This document shows positions 56,648 through 64,000 of a stretch of 64,000 nucleotides of DNA, piece by piece. The DNA comes from a bacterium (GTDB lineage Bacteria > Eisenbacteria > RBG-16-71-46). The notes beneath the pieces were generated by a model, which was not told the DNA's origin, ran no database searches, and was given only the letters and a program-made list of their open reading frames with translations. The stretch's first letter is position 1. Each line of letters begins with the position of its first letter. The DNA is taken from positions 8 to 64,007 of the forward strand of contig JAYWEM010000104.1 in the NCBI GenBank assembly GCA_043779265.1. Direction: 5' to 3'. A program made the position numbers and the translations under genes.

Positions 56648-58510
56648 ATGCCGCGATTGCTGCCGCGCCTCGCGATGCTGACTCTCGCGGGACTGCTGCT
56701 GGTCTGTTCGCTCCCGACGCCCGCCGATGCCGTGCCGCTCCGCAACCTCGGCGCCAAGCTCGGCACCAATCTCGAGAAGGTGGGTCCGATCAGTCGCAGT
56801 TGGGCGTTCGTCGACGTGTTCAAGGCAAGCACCGGTTGGAGTGCGCAGAACAGCAACGGCACGCCGTGGGTGGGGCCGCCTCTGACGCTCGACTCACTCG
56901 GTTGGGTCGCGAGTCTGCAGCCTGGTCAGATCGCCGTCGCTCGCGTGTTGCAGCAGGCGGGCGGACACGCGCCCTCGGGGCAGTACATCGTGCTCTACGA
57001 CGGTACCGGCACGATCGACTTCGGGTTCGATGCCTCGCTCGTGAGCAGCACACCCGGCCGTGCGGTGGTGCAGATCACGCCAAGTCCTTCGGGCTACTCG
57101 CGCATCCGCATCACCGCCACCGACCCGGCTGACCCGATTCGCAATGTGCGTGCGATCATGCCGGGCTTCGAGTCGACGTACGCCACGCAGGTGTTCCATC
57201 CCGAGTTCCTCGCGAGACTCGGTCGCTTCCGCGTGCTGCGCTTCCTGAACTGGACCTCCAGCAACAACTCGCCGCTCGTGTCCTGGTCGCAGCGCACACG
57301 TTTGGGTGCGGCCACGCAAGGCAACGCGTACGGCGTCGCGCCCGAGTATCTGCCGCAACTCGCCAACCGGCAGCATGCCGACCTCTGGATCAACATCCCG
57401 CACCTGGCCGACGACGACTACGTGACCCAGTTGGCCACGCTGCTGCGCGACAGCCTCGATGCCGACCTGCGTGTGTTCGTCAAGCACAGCAACGAACTCT
57501 GGGGCGACTTCACGCAGAGTGCGTACGCCTCGCAGCAGGGGTTGGCGCAGGGGCTGTCCACCAACTCGCGCGTCGCGGCCATGCGCTGGCACTCGGCGAG
57601 GAGCGTGCATCTGTTCTCGCTGTTCGACGCGGTGTTCGGCTCGGGCAGCGATCGCCTGGTGCGGGTGCTGGTGGCGATGCACTCGGACACCAATACCGGC
57701 GTCGAGGTGATGGACTGGCAGGGGGCGAGCCTGGTGTCGGATGTGCTCACGACGGCGCCCTACTACGGCGGCCCGCTGGGGAACTCGATGAACGGCGCTG
57801 CCATCGCCGCCATGACCACGCCCCAGTTGATCGCCGCGCTCGACCAGCAGAGCGTGCTGTCGCACAACTTCACGCTGACGAATGCTGCGAATGCGACTTC
57901 GCGCGGGCTCGAGTATGTCGCCTACGAGGGCGGCCAGGCGCTCTACGGTCAGAGCGGCTGGCAGAACGATGCGACCTTCGCGGCGACGATCATCGCCGCC
58001 AACCGCGACCCCGCCATGCGGCCGCTCTATCTGACGCACTTGAACCGCTGGCAGGCGGCGGGCGGCGGCCTGTTCATGCACTTCAACTTCATGGGCGCAT
58101 GGAGCGGGGCGGGCTGCTGGGGCGTGTTCGAGAGCATGCAGCAGGACTCGCTGACCGCCTATAAGTACCTGGGCCTCATGGACTATCTGGAACAGTTCGT
58201 GTTGGACGCCGCGCCCTCGGGGTCACCTCGCACCTCGCTCGCCGTTCGGCCCAATCCATGGCGTGCCGGCGGGCGACTCGAACTGGGAGTAACGACCGGC
58301 GAGCCGGTGAGGGTCGACGTGCTCGACATCTCGGGACGACTCGTACGCCAGGTGTTCAACGGGACGCCCGACGGGCCGTGGCTCGATGTGCGTTGGGACG
58401 GCCGCGACCGAGCGGGTAGGCCGCTCGGATCCGGCATCTACTTCGTACGAGCGGTGAGCCAAGCGACCAGCAGCCGCGCCCGCATCGTGCTGCTGGGCGC
58501 TGGCCGCTGA
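56648..58510 (+). CDS. Secreted protein, possibly a glycoside-hydrolase-like TIM barrel, with a C-terminal FlgD-Ig/T9SS-like domain.
   Basis: It has a signal peptide. It has a conserved NELW motif. The C-terminus is ...GIYFVRAVSQATSSRARIVLLGAGR. Confidence 0.5.
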   Translation: MPRLLPRLAMLTLAGLLLVCSLPTPADAVPLRNLGAKLGTNLEKVGPISRSWAFVDVFKASTGWSAQNSNGTPWVGPPLTLDSLGWVASLQPGQIAVARVLQQAGGHAPSGQYIVLYDGTGTIDFGFDASLVSSTPGRAVVQITPSPSGYSRIRITATDPADPIRNVRAIMPGFESTYATQVFHPEFLARLGRFRVLRFLNWTSSNNSPLVSWSQRTRLGAATQGNAYGVAPEYLPQLANRQHADLWINIPHLADDDYVTQLATLLRDSLDADLRVFVKHSNELWGDFTQSAYASQQGLAQGLSTNSRVAAMRWHSARSVHLFSLFDAVFGSGSDRLVRVLVAMHSDTNTGVEVMDWQGASLVSDVLTTAPYYGGPLGNSMNGAAIAAMTTPQLIAALDQQSVLSHNFTLTNAANATSRGLEYVAYEGGQALYGQSGWQNDATFAATIIAANRDPAMRPLYLTHLNRWQAAGGGLFMHFNFMGAWSGAGCWGVFESMQQDSLTAYKYLGLMDYLEQFVLDAAPSGSPRTSLAVRPNPWRAGGRLELGVTTGEPVRVDVLDISGRLVRQVFNGTPDGPWLDVRWDGRDRAGRPLGSGIYFVRAVSQATSSRARIVLLGAGR

Positions 58511-58524
58511 CGCTGCCCGAGTCT

Positions 58525-60741
58525 TCAGCGCAGGGTGATGACCCGGCGCGACTCGATCGAACCGTCGGCCTCCGCCCGCAGCACGAACACACCCGGTGCG
58601 AGCGACGCGCTGTCCCACACGAACGAGTGAAGGCCGGCTGCGAGCCGACCACGGGCCAGCGTCGCCACTCTTCGTCCCTGCAGATCGAACACCGAGACGT
58701 CGGCGGCAGCCGAGCGCGCGAGACGAAGCGAGACGCGCGCGGTGGACCGAGCCGGAACGGGCGCGATCGAGAGGGCGAGCAGTGGCTCATTCGGCGAGCG
58801 ATCCTCGACCGAGACGGGCGGCGCGAGTCTGAAGCGCATGCGCCGCCGATCGGGGGATCGCCTCGCGACGACGCCGGTCGCGGTCACGAGGCCATCGGCG
58901 GCAACGAGGCCGCTGCCACGTTGCAGCGTGTCGCCGACGAGATTCGTCACCGACCACTCGTACGGCACGCCCGGAGGCGGTAGGAACGATTGCGGACGGC
59001 GGATGGCGACGTCGATCGCCAGGCTATCGAACGGGCAGTTGTCGGGAAGCGATGCGGAGCCTGTGACGAGCCAGTACTCGCAGCCCCAGTCGGTGGTCGT
59101 GTCGAGCAGGGTGTCGGGTGCCCAGTCGTGGAAGCCGCCCCAGGTGCCCCAATCATCGCCCGAGTAGATCGAGTCGGCGGTCGTGCCGCGCGTGCCGTCG
59201 CCGGGGTCACGGCTGTCGGGATAGCGCGCATGGGCGTAGAACGCGGGGTAGGAGCGATCGTTGCGATAGCGTCCCTGATAGACCACATCATCGCGGCCAC
59301 TCTGGTCGGCCGGTAGATCGCCGTGGGTGAAATAGGCCGGCAGAGCGCCCGTTCCATGCGCGCGTTCGTCCCAGTAGAGGTGCGCGCCGAGTCCGATCGA
59401 GTCCGCTGCGCGGTACTGCGCGACGACATCGGCGTCCCACTCCATGGTGCCATTGACATCATGCTTGCCGTGGAAGCTGCGCATGAGCGGTCGGTCGCGT
59501 CGTGCCGACACCGGCGTCGTGAGATCGAACAGATCGTACGCCTTGACCGCTTGGCCGCCGGGCCCGATGAGGTTCGTGGGCAGCGCGTCGGCCCGCATGC
59601 CGAACAGATTGACGCCCGCGGCCACCGTGGCTCCCGACGGGATCTCATCCACCGCGCTGTCCTCGGGAACGAGGAAGCCGTTGTTGAAGATCGTCGCGGT
59701 CGAGAACAACTCGGGAGAACTCTTGGCGAGCGCCGTCGTTCCGGCCGAGCCGAGGCTGTGCCCCTGGATCGCGACGCGCGTCGGGTCGATGGGGAACTTG
59801 GCGAGCAACCACTGGTGGATCCACTTGTAGCGCCGCTGCGTGTAGTCGATCACGGTGTCGGTGAGCGCTGGCGTGACGAAGCTCGGATCGAACGGGTTGT
59901 GGTTCACCGTCCATCCGAAGTGCCAGCTGTTGGTCGGCTCCGCGACGACACCGGCACCTTGCATGTAGCGGATGAGGTCGTCGTTGTGCGCGCACAGGAA
60001 GCCATCGAGCGGATCGATGCCGATGGAACTGCGAGAGCCCGGCTTGGATTGGGACGCCGTGCCGCCGCCGCCGTGGAGCCAGTGGACGAGTGGGCGCGGC
60101 CCGCTCGGCAGCGCGATCGGACGGCTGAGCAGGAAGAGACTCGGCATGCCGCTCTTGTGGGCGTTGGCCATGATGGGGAAGTCGGGGCGGCCACCGCGAT
60201 GATCGGCTTGGCCATGCGCCCACATCGCGTACCACGACAGTCGCCATTGCCCGCCCTGTCCGTACTCGTACTGCAGCTGCGGCTCGGGCGGATCGGCGGA
60301 TGACGTAGGCGGCAGCGCGATGGGCCCGGTGAGATTCACGCCGGGCGTCGCCAGCGTGTCGCCGTATCGCACCACGGCGAACCAGCGATTCCCCGCCTGG
60401 AGTGGCGTGCCCACGAACAAGCCCTGATTCGAAGCGAGCGTGTCGCGGCCGCCGGTCGCATCGGGGATCACCCAGCCAGGCGGCGGCGAGACTGCTTGCG
60501 ACTGCAGCGTCAGTGGCAGCCACTCCTCGCGGAACAATCGGCCCAGGAGCACGGCATCGGCGACCCGCGTGAATGGCGCATTGCGCGAGTAGATGGCGTA
60601 CGTCTCGGGCGGGGAGGCATCCTCGATCCAGCGCACCCACACTTGGCCGTCGGCGTAATGCGCTTGCACACCCGTCTGCGCGAGCGAGGGACTCGCGCAG
60701 ACGAGCATGACCAGCAACGCCGGGATCAAGCGATGGAGCAT
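58525..60741 (-). CDS. Secreted alpha/beta-hydrolase (esterase or lipase-like, GxSxG) with a C-terminal FlgD-Ig/T9SS-like domain.
   Basis: It has a signal peptide, MLHRLIPALLVMLVCASPSLA. It has the IQGHSLGSAG nucleophile elbow. The C-terminus is ...GVFVLRAEADGSIESRRVITLR. Confidence 0.6.
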   Translation of the reverse strand: MLHRLIPALLVMLVCASPSLAQTGVQAHYADGQVWVRWIEDASPPETYAIYSRNAPFTRVADAVLLGRLFREEWLPLTLQSQAVSPPPGWVIPDATGGRDTLASNQGLFVGTPLQAGNRWFAVVRYGDTLATPGVNLTGPIALPPTSSADPPEPQLQYEYGQGGQWRLSWYAMWAHGQADHRGGRPDFPIMANAHKSGMPSLFLLSRPIALPSGPRPLVHWLHGGGGTASQSKPGSRSSIGIDPLDGFLCAHNDDLIRYMQGAGVVAEPTNSWHFGWTVNHNPFDPSFVTPALTDTVIDYTQRRYKWIHQWLLAKFPIDPTRVAIQGHSLGSAGTTALAKSSPELFSTATIFNNGFLVPEDSAVDEIPSGATVAAGVNLFGMRADALPTNLIGPGGQAVKAYDLFDLTTPVSARRDRPLMRSFHGKHDVNGTMEWDADVVAQYRAADSIGLGAHLYWDERAHGTGALPAYFTHGDLPADQSGRDDVVYQGRYRNDRSYPAFYAHARYPDSRDPGDGTRGTTADSIYSGDDWGTWGGFHDWAPDTLLDTTTDWGCEYWLVTGSASLPDNCPFDSLAIDVAIRRPQSFLPPPGVPYEWSVTNLVGDTLQRGSGLVAADGLVTATGVVARRSPDRRRMRFRLAPPVSVEDRSPNEPLLALSIAPVPARSTARVSLRLARSAAADVSVFDLQGRRVATLARGRLAAGLHSFVWDSASLAPGVFVLRAEADGSIESRRVITLR

Positions 60742-60749
60742 GGGTTCCT

Positions 60750-63700
60750 TCACCTCGCCACGATGATCCGTGCGCTCGTCCGAGCGCCGTCGGCTCGCAG
60801 CAGTCCGAAGTAGACGCCATTGGCGACGGCACGGCCGCGATCGTCGAGTCCGTCCCACACCACGCGGTGCGTGCCGGGCTCGCGTCGAGCGTCCACCAAT
60901 CGCCTCACGATCCGCCCGTCCACCGACATCAGTTCGAGTCGGACGGCGGCCTCGGCCGATGTGCGGTATTCGAGCGTGGCCCGGGACTTCATCGGGTTGG
61001 ACCAGGCGAGCAGCGAGAGGCTCATCCCCGGAGCCTCGTCGTCGGCCGTGACCGAGACACTCGCCGGCTCCACGATCGACATCACGCGATCGACGCTTAC
61101 GCCGGTCATCTGGGTCACGCGGCCCGAGGGCCAATCGACTCGCACATCGACGCTCATGGCAGGCCCCAGGCCGAAGTGCTGGGTCGGCGGGCCCTGCGTG
61201 CGGGCGCCGTGGCCGGTGCCGACCTGACGGCGCTGCGTCAATGGACCGGCGTTCACCGTCACGATCGCACCCGTGGCCGAACGTGGTGAGTCGGTGCCCT
61301 GCAAGTCGAGCTCCAGCCAATGGACGTTCGGCGAGCAGGAGTTATTGTGGATGAGCAGGCCGCCCGCAGGACCCATGAGCATGAGGTCGGGGAATCCGTC
61401 GCGCGTCAGATCGGCCCAGGTCGCGGCGAGCATGGCATCGGAGGGCACCTGGGGCCCGGGAGAGAAGACCCCCTGGCCGTTGTTGATCAGGATGCGGCCG
61501 CGATGCGTCAGCAGCACGTCCACGTCACCGTCGAGATCGAAGTCGGCCATCGTGACTCCGGGACGAGCGCCGTTGTCGGGATCGCCTTGCGGCAGGTTCG
61601 CCAACACGAATCCGCCCGGAGTACCGAGCAGCAGCTGGTCAGGCTCGCCTCGATTGGCCACGAACAGATCGGGGATGTTGTTGTTGTCCAAGTAGCCCCA
61701 CGCCGCGTCGTAGCTCGCGGTTCCGGTGCCGGGGATCGTCATCTCCACATAGCCGCCGCCGACGGCATCGAACAACTTATTGGGTCCGTCGGAGTTGGCG
61801 AGGAAGACCTCAGGCCTCGCGTCGCCATCGATGTTCGCGGGCGCGATCTGCTGGATGCGCCCGTTGTTGGCGAGGCCCGGAGGAGCGGACGATCCGAACA
61901 GGAGCCCACCCAGGTTCGACCGCAGGCGAGGCGAGCCGGTGCCGGACGCGGTCATCGCGTCGAGCCGGCCATCGGCGTTGGCATCGAAGGCCACGATCAC
62001 GTACAGCGTGTCGCAGCCCGGGTCGGCGTTCGGTCCCAGACACGTCGAATCCGCTCGAAGGTCGTAGTCGTCGTCAGCGGCGTCGCGCCGCAGGAACCGA
62101 ATGCCATCGCCGATCAGTCCGACGAGCGCGTCGGTGTCGCCATCGTTGTCGAAATCCTGCCACACCGAAGACCCGATCTGGCCCAACGAGCCAGCAGCGC
62201 CAAGCGACATGCGCGAGAACGATCCGCCCGCCTGGCCGCCGAATGCCCGGAATCCCATGACGGGGTCGGTGAACACGAGGTCGAGCCGGGAGTCGGAGTC
62301 GAGGTCCGCGAACTGCTGGAACACCGTCGGGCCCTGGCCCCACGTCGGGGGCATCACCGCGAGCGGTATGAGGCACACCTTGCGTGAGGCCGGGATGATC
62401 AACGAGTAGGTCTGGTCGATCGAGTCGAGCACGCCCTTGTGCGTGATGATGGCGCGATACAAGCCCGTCGGCGGGGCATCCACACGCACTTGCTCGACGT
62501 TGTCGAGCAGGTTGTCCCCGCGTGTGGCCGAGCCCCAGGGGTTCGCGGGGTTCAACACCCACGGCTGGAACATGGCGCCGCTGCGAACGTGATACACGCG
62601 CAGATCGAGGTCGTTGACCAGCTTGGGAGTCGAATCGTCGAGCAGGAGCACCGACGAGGCCGATCCCGGAGGATCGGTCCACGCCATCGAGACCGAGAAT
62701 GGCGCTTCATCGCCCCAGTAGAACTCGACGGTGTCGGACGCGGCCTGGAAGAGCGTCTGCTCGATGATCCGATCCTGGAACACGCCGCGGTCCTGGTCGA
62801 TCAACTCGACCGCCGCTCGCGTATCGAGCAGTCCCCAGCCGAACGTGTAGTCGGGGCCGACGAGCCCGGCCTCCGAGGCGGTGTGGATCACGAGCGCCTT
62901 GACCGTCGACGTCAGGATCTCGCTCATGCCATGTGTCGCGCGCCAGTGCTGCACCATCAGGTTCACCGAGCCGGCCACCGCAGGTCCTGCAAATGAGCAG
63001 CCGGTGCCGACCCCGTACGCCGTCGTGCTGCCGGTATCGGGCATCGTCACCTGAGACGCGTTCGCCACCACGTCCGGCTTGATGCGGCCGTCGTCGGTCG
63101 GACCCCAACCACTGAACGTCGTCATCTGCACATCGCTCGGCGTCGTCCAGCCACCCGGGATGTCGAGCACGCCGCCGACGGTGAGGATGTTCTTGGCGAT
63201 CTTGGTCGGCGTGATGGTGTCGTACCCGCTCGCGCCTCCATCCTGCGGATGCGTGTCCGTGAACGTGACCGTGTCCCCGTGGGTGTGAGCGACTGGCAGA
63301 AGGGGCGCCTCGCCTCGGTCGTTACCGGTCCCACTGACGATCGAATAGTAGGGGGCGTTGTAGGCGATCTCGTCCCAGCCCCTCGTGGCGGCGGTGTACT
63401 TCCCGAAGAGTGCGTCCTCCGTGGACGAGACGATCGTGTTGCCGCCCCAATCCCAAGTCCCGTTCTTGAGGTCCCAGCCGACCGTTGTGCCGTAGGAGTG
63501 ATTCGAGGTGCGCAGTCCCCTCGTCGCCCAAAGCGCCATCTCGGCATCATCTCCGGCGGACGTGAACGCGTAGAGCTCGGCGGCAGGGGACATCCCGATC
63601 GCGATCGGATTGACCCCGGCTGCGATCATGACCCCGGCCACGCGCGTGGCATGGCTGTTGATGCCTGCGCTGTCGCCAGCGACGACGCGCGTTCCGAACT

Positions 63701-64000
63701 CCTGATGCCCCGGCTGGACCAGCCCAGCGTCCCATTGCGCGAGATACGCGTGCCCGGCGAGGTCGCCGTCGAGCGCGAAGCCCGCGGCGCCGCCCGGCCA
63801 CACCTCGTCGGTCGAAACGGTCTGGGCCGAGGTCAGCTCGTCGTAGCGATGGAACACGGGCCGGTTCTGGTCGTCGATGTACATCAGCCGCACGTGGGGA
63901 TCGCCGAGCTGTTGCTTGAGCAATGCGTGGGTGGACGCGAGATGGGCCTCATAGCGCGCATCGCGACCGCGAATCCACTTCTGCTCGAACTGACGACTCA
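60750..64000 (-). CDS. S8 subtilisin-like serine protease with FG-GAP/VCBS-like repeats and a C-terminal FlgD-Ig/T9SS-like domain. Its N-terminus lies beyond the window edge.
   Basis: The S8 triad context reads LAQWDAG (Asp), HATRVAGVM (His) and GTGCSFAGPAVAG (Ser). Multiple D-x-D-x-D-G FG-GAP-like repeats follow. The frame is open to position 64000. Confidence 0.75.
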   Translation of the reverse strand, partial: SRQFEQKWIRGRDARYEAHLASTHALLKQQLGDPHVRLMYIDDQNRPVFHRYDELTSAQTVSTDEVWPGGAAGFALDGDLAGHAYLAQWDAGLVQPGHQEFGTRVVAGDSAGINSHATRVAGVMIAAGVNPIAIGMSPAAELYAFTSAGDDAEMALWATRGLRTSNHSYGTTVGWDLKNGTWDWGGNTIVSSTEDALFGKYTAATRGWDEIAYNAPYYSIVSGTGNDRGEAPLLPVAHTHGDTVTFTDTHPQDGGASGYDTITPTKIAKNILTVGGVLDIPGGWTTPSDVQMTTFSGWGPTDDGRIKPDVVANASQVTMPDTGSTTAYGVGTGCSFAGPAVAGSVNLMVQHWRATHGMSEILTSTVKALVIHTASEAGLVGPDYTFGWGLLDTRAAVELIDQDRGVFQDRIIEQTLFQAASDTVEFYWGDEAPFSVSMAWTDPPGSASSVLLLDDSTPKLVNDLDLRVYHVRSGAMFQPWVLNPANPWGSATRGDNLLDNVEQVRVDAPPTGLYRAIITHKGVLDSIDQTYSLIIPASRKVCLIPLAVMPPTWGQGPTVFQQFADLDSDSRLDLVFTDPVMGFRAFGGQAGGSFSRMSLGAAGSLGQIGSSVWQDFDNDGDTDALVGLIGDGIRFLRRDAADDDYDLRADSTCLGPNADPGCDTLYVIVAFDANADGRLDAMTASGTGSPRLRSNLGGLLFGSSAPPGLANNGRIQQIAPANIDGDARPEVFLANSDGPNKLFDAVGGGYVEMTIPGTGTASYDAAWGYLDNNNIPDLFVANRGEPDQLLLGTPGGFVLANLPQGDPDNGARPGVTMADFDLDGDVDVLLTHRGRILINNGQGVFSPGPQVPSDAMLAATWADLTRDGFPDLMLMGPAGGLLIHNNSCSPNVHWLELDLQGTDSPRSATGAIVTVNAGPLTQRRQVGTGHGARTQGPPTQHFGLGPAMSVDVRVDWPSGRVTQMTGVSVDRVMSIVEPASVSVTADDEAPGMSLSLLAWSNPMKSRATLEYRTSAEAAVRLELMSVDGRIVRRLVDARREPGTHRVVWDGLDDRGRAVANGVYFGLLRADGARTSARIIVAR

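Noticed and set aside
1-64000. CRISPR arrays, tRNA, rRNA, integrase or transposase genes.
   Set aside because: No regularly spaced repeats, no tRNA-like T-loop or anticodon structures, and no recombinase-like translation were seen by eye. tRNAscan or minced were not run, so this is not definitive.

Overview
This 64 kb window is high-GC (about 68-70%) bacterial chromosome, densely coded, with many ATGA start/stop overlaps (translational coupling). It has three parts.

1. Left part, core-like genes (1-25.6 kb): the end of a polysaccharide locus (asnB, a GT4 glycosyltransferase, a hypothetical protein, and an M14 carboxypeptidase); a HAD hydrolase and a LigT-like 2H phosphoesterase; a ThrH-like HAD enzyme divergent from an Lrp/AsnC regulator plus L-lysine 6-aminotransferase; a large secreted HExxH metalloprotease; a NUDIX-MBL fusion; an EamA transporter; a TPR Ser/Thr kinase; a 1070-aa secreted protein; and an ECF sigma, anti-sigma and CHAT/TPR lipoprotein operon.

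2. Accessory/defence region (25.6-49.5 kb): a Fic protein, then a FAD oxidoreductase gene (HI0933/BaiN-like). The 3' end of that gene carries a 30-bp perfect direct repeat at about 28132-28161 and again at about 44001-44030. The repeats bracket a roughly 15.9 kb island. The island carries a Zn-ribbon protein, a PIN nuclease overlapping an XRE-ImmA protein, a DUF457 membrane protein, an M48/YgjP peptidase, a complete type I R-M system (hsdM-hsdS-hsdR), and a three-gene candidate anti-phage module (an unknown protein with a TOPRIM-like EGDTE motif, a SIR2_2-family protein, and a 2-TM protein). To the right of the repeat lies an older accessory block: a DUF4143 AAA ATPase, a second XRE-ImmA protein, and a pRiA4b-ORF3-like protein.

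3. Right part (49.5-64 kb): a second TPR Ser/Thr kinase and a run of secreted hydrolases (HET-C-like, GH-like, GxSxG esterase, S8 subtilase with FG-GAP repeats). These share one C-terminal FlgD-Ig/T9SS-like sorting domain. Seven proteins in the window carry it.

No rRNA, tRNA or CRISPR array was recognised. All calls come from reading the ORF translations and the nucleotide sequence by eye. No database search was run.
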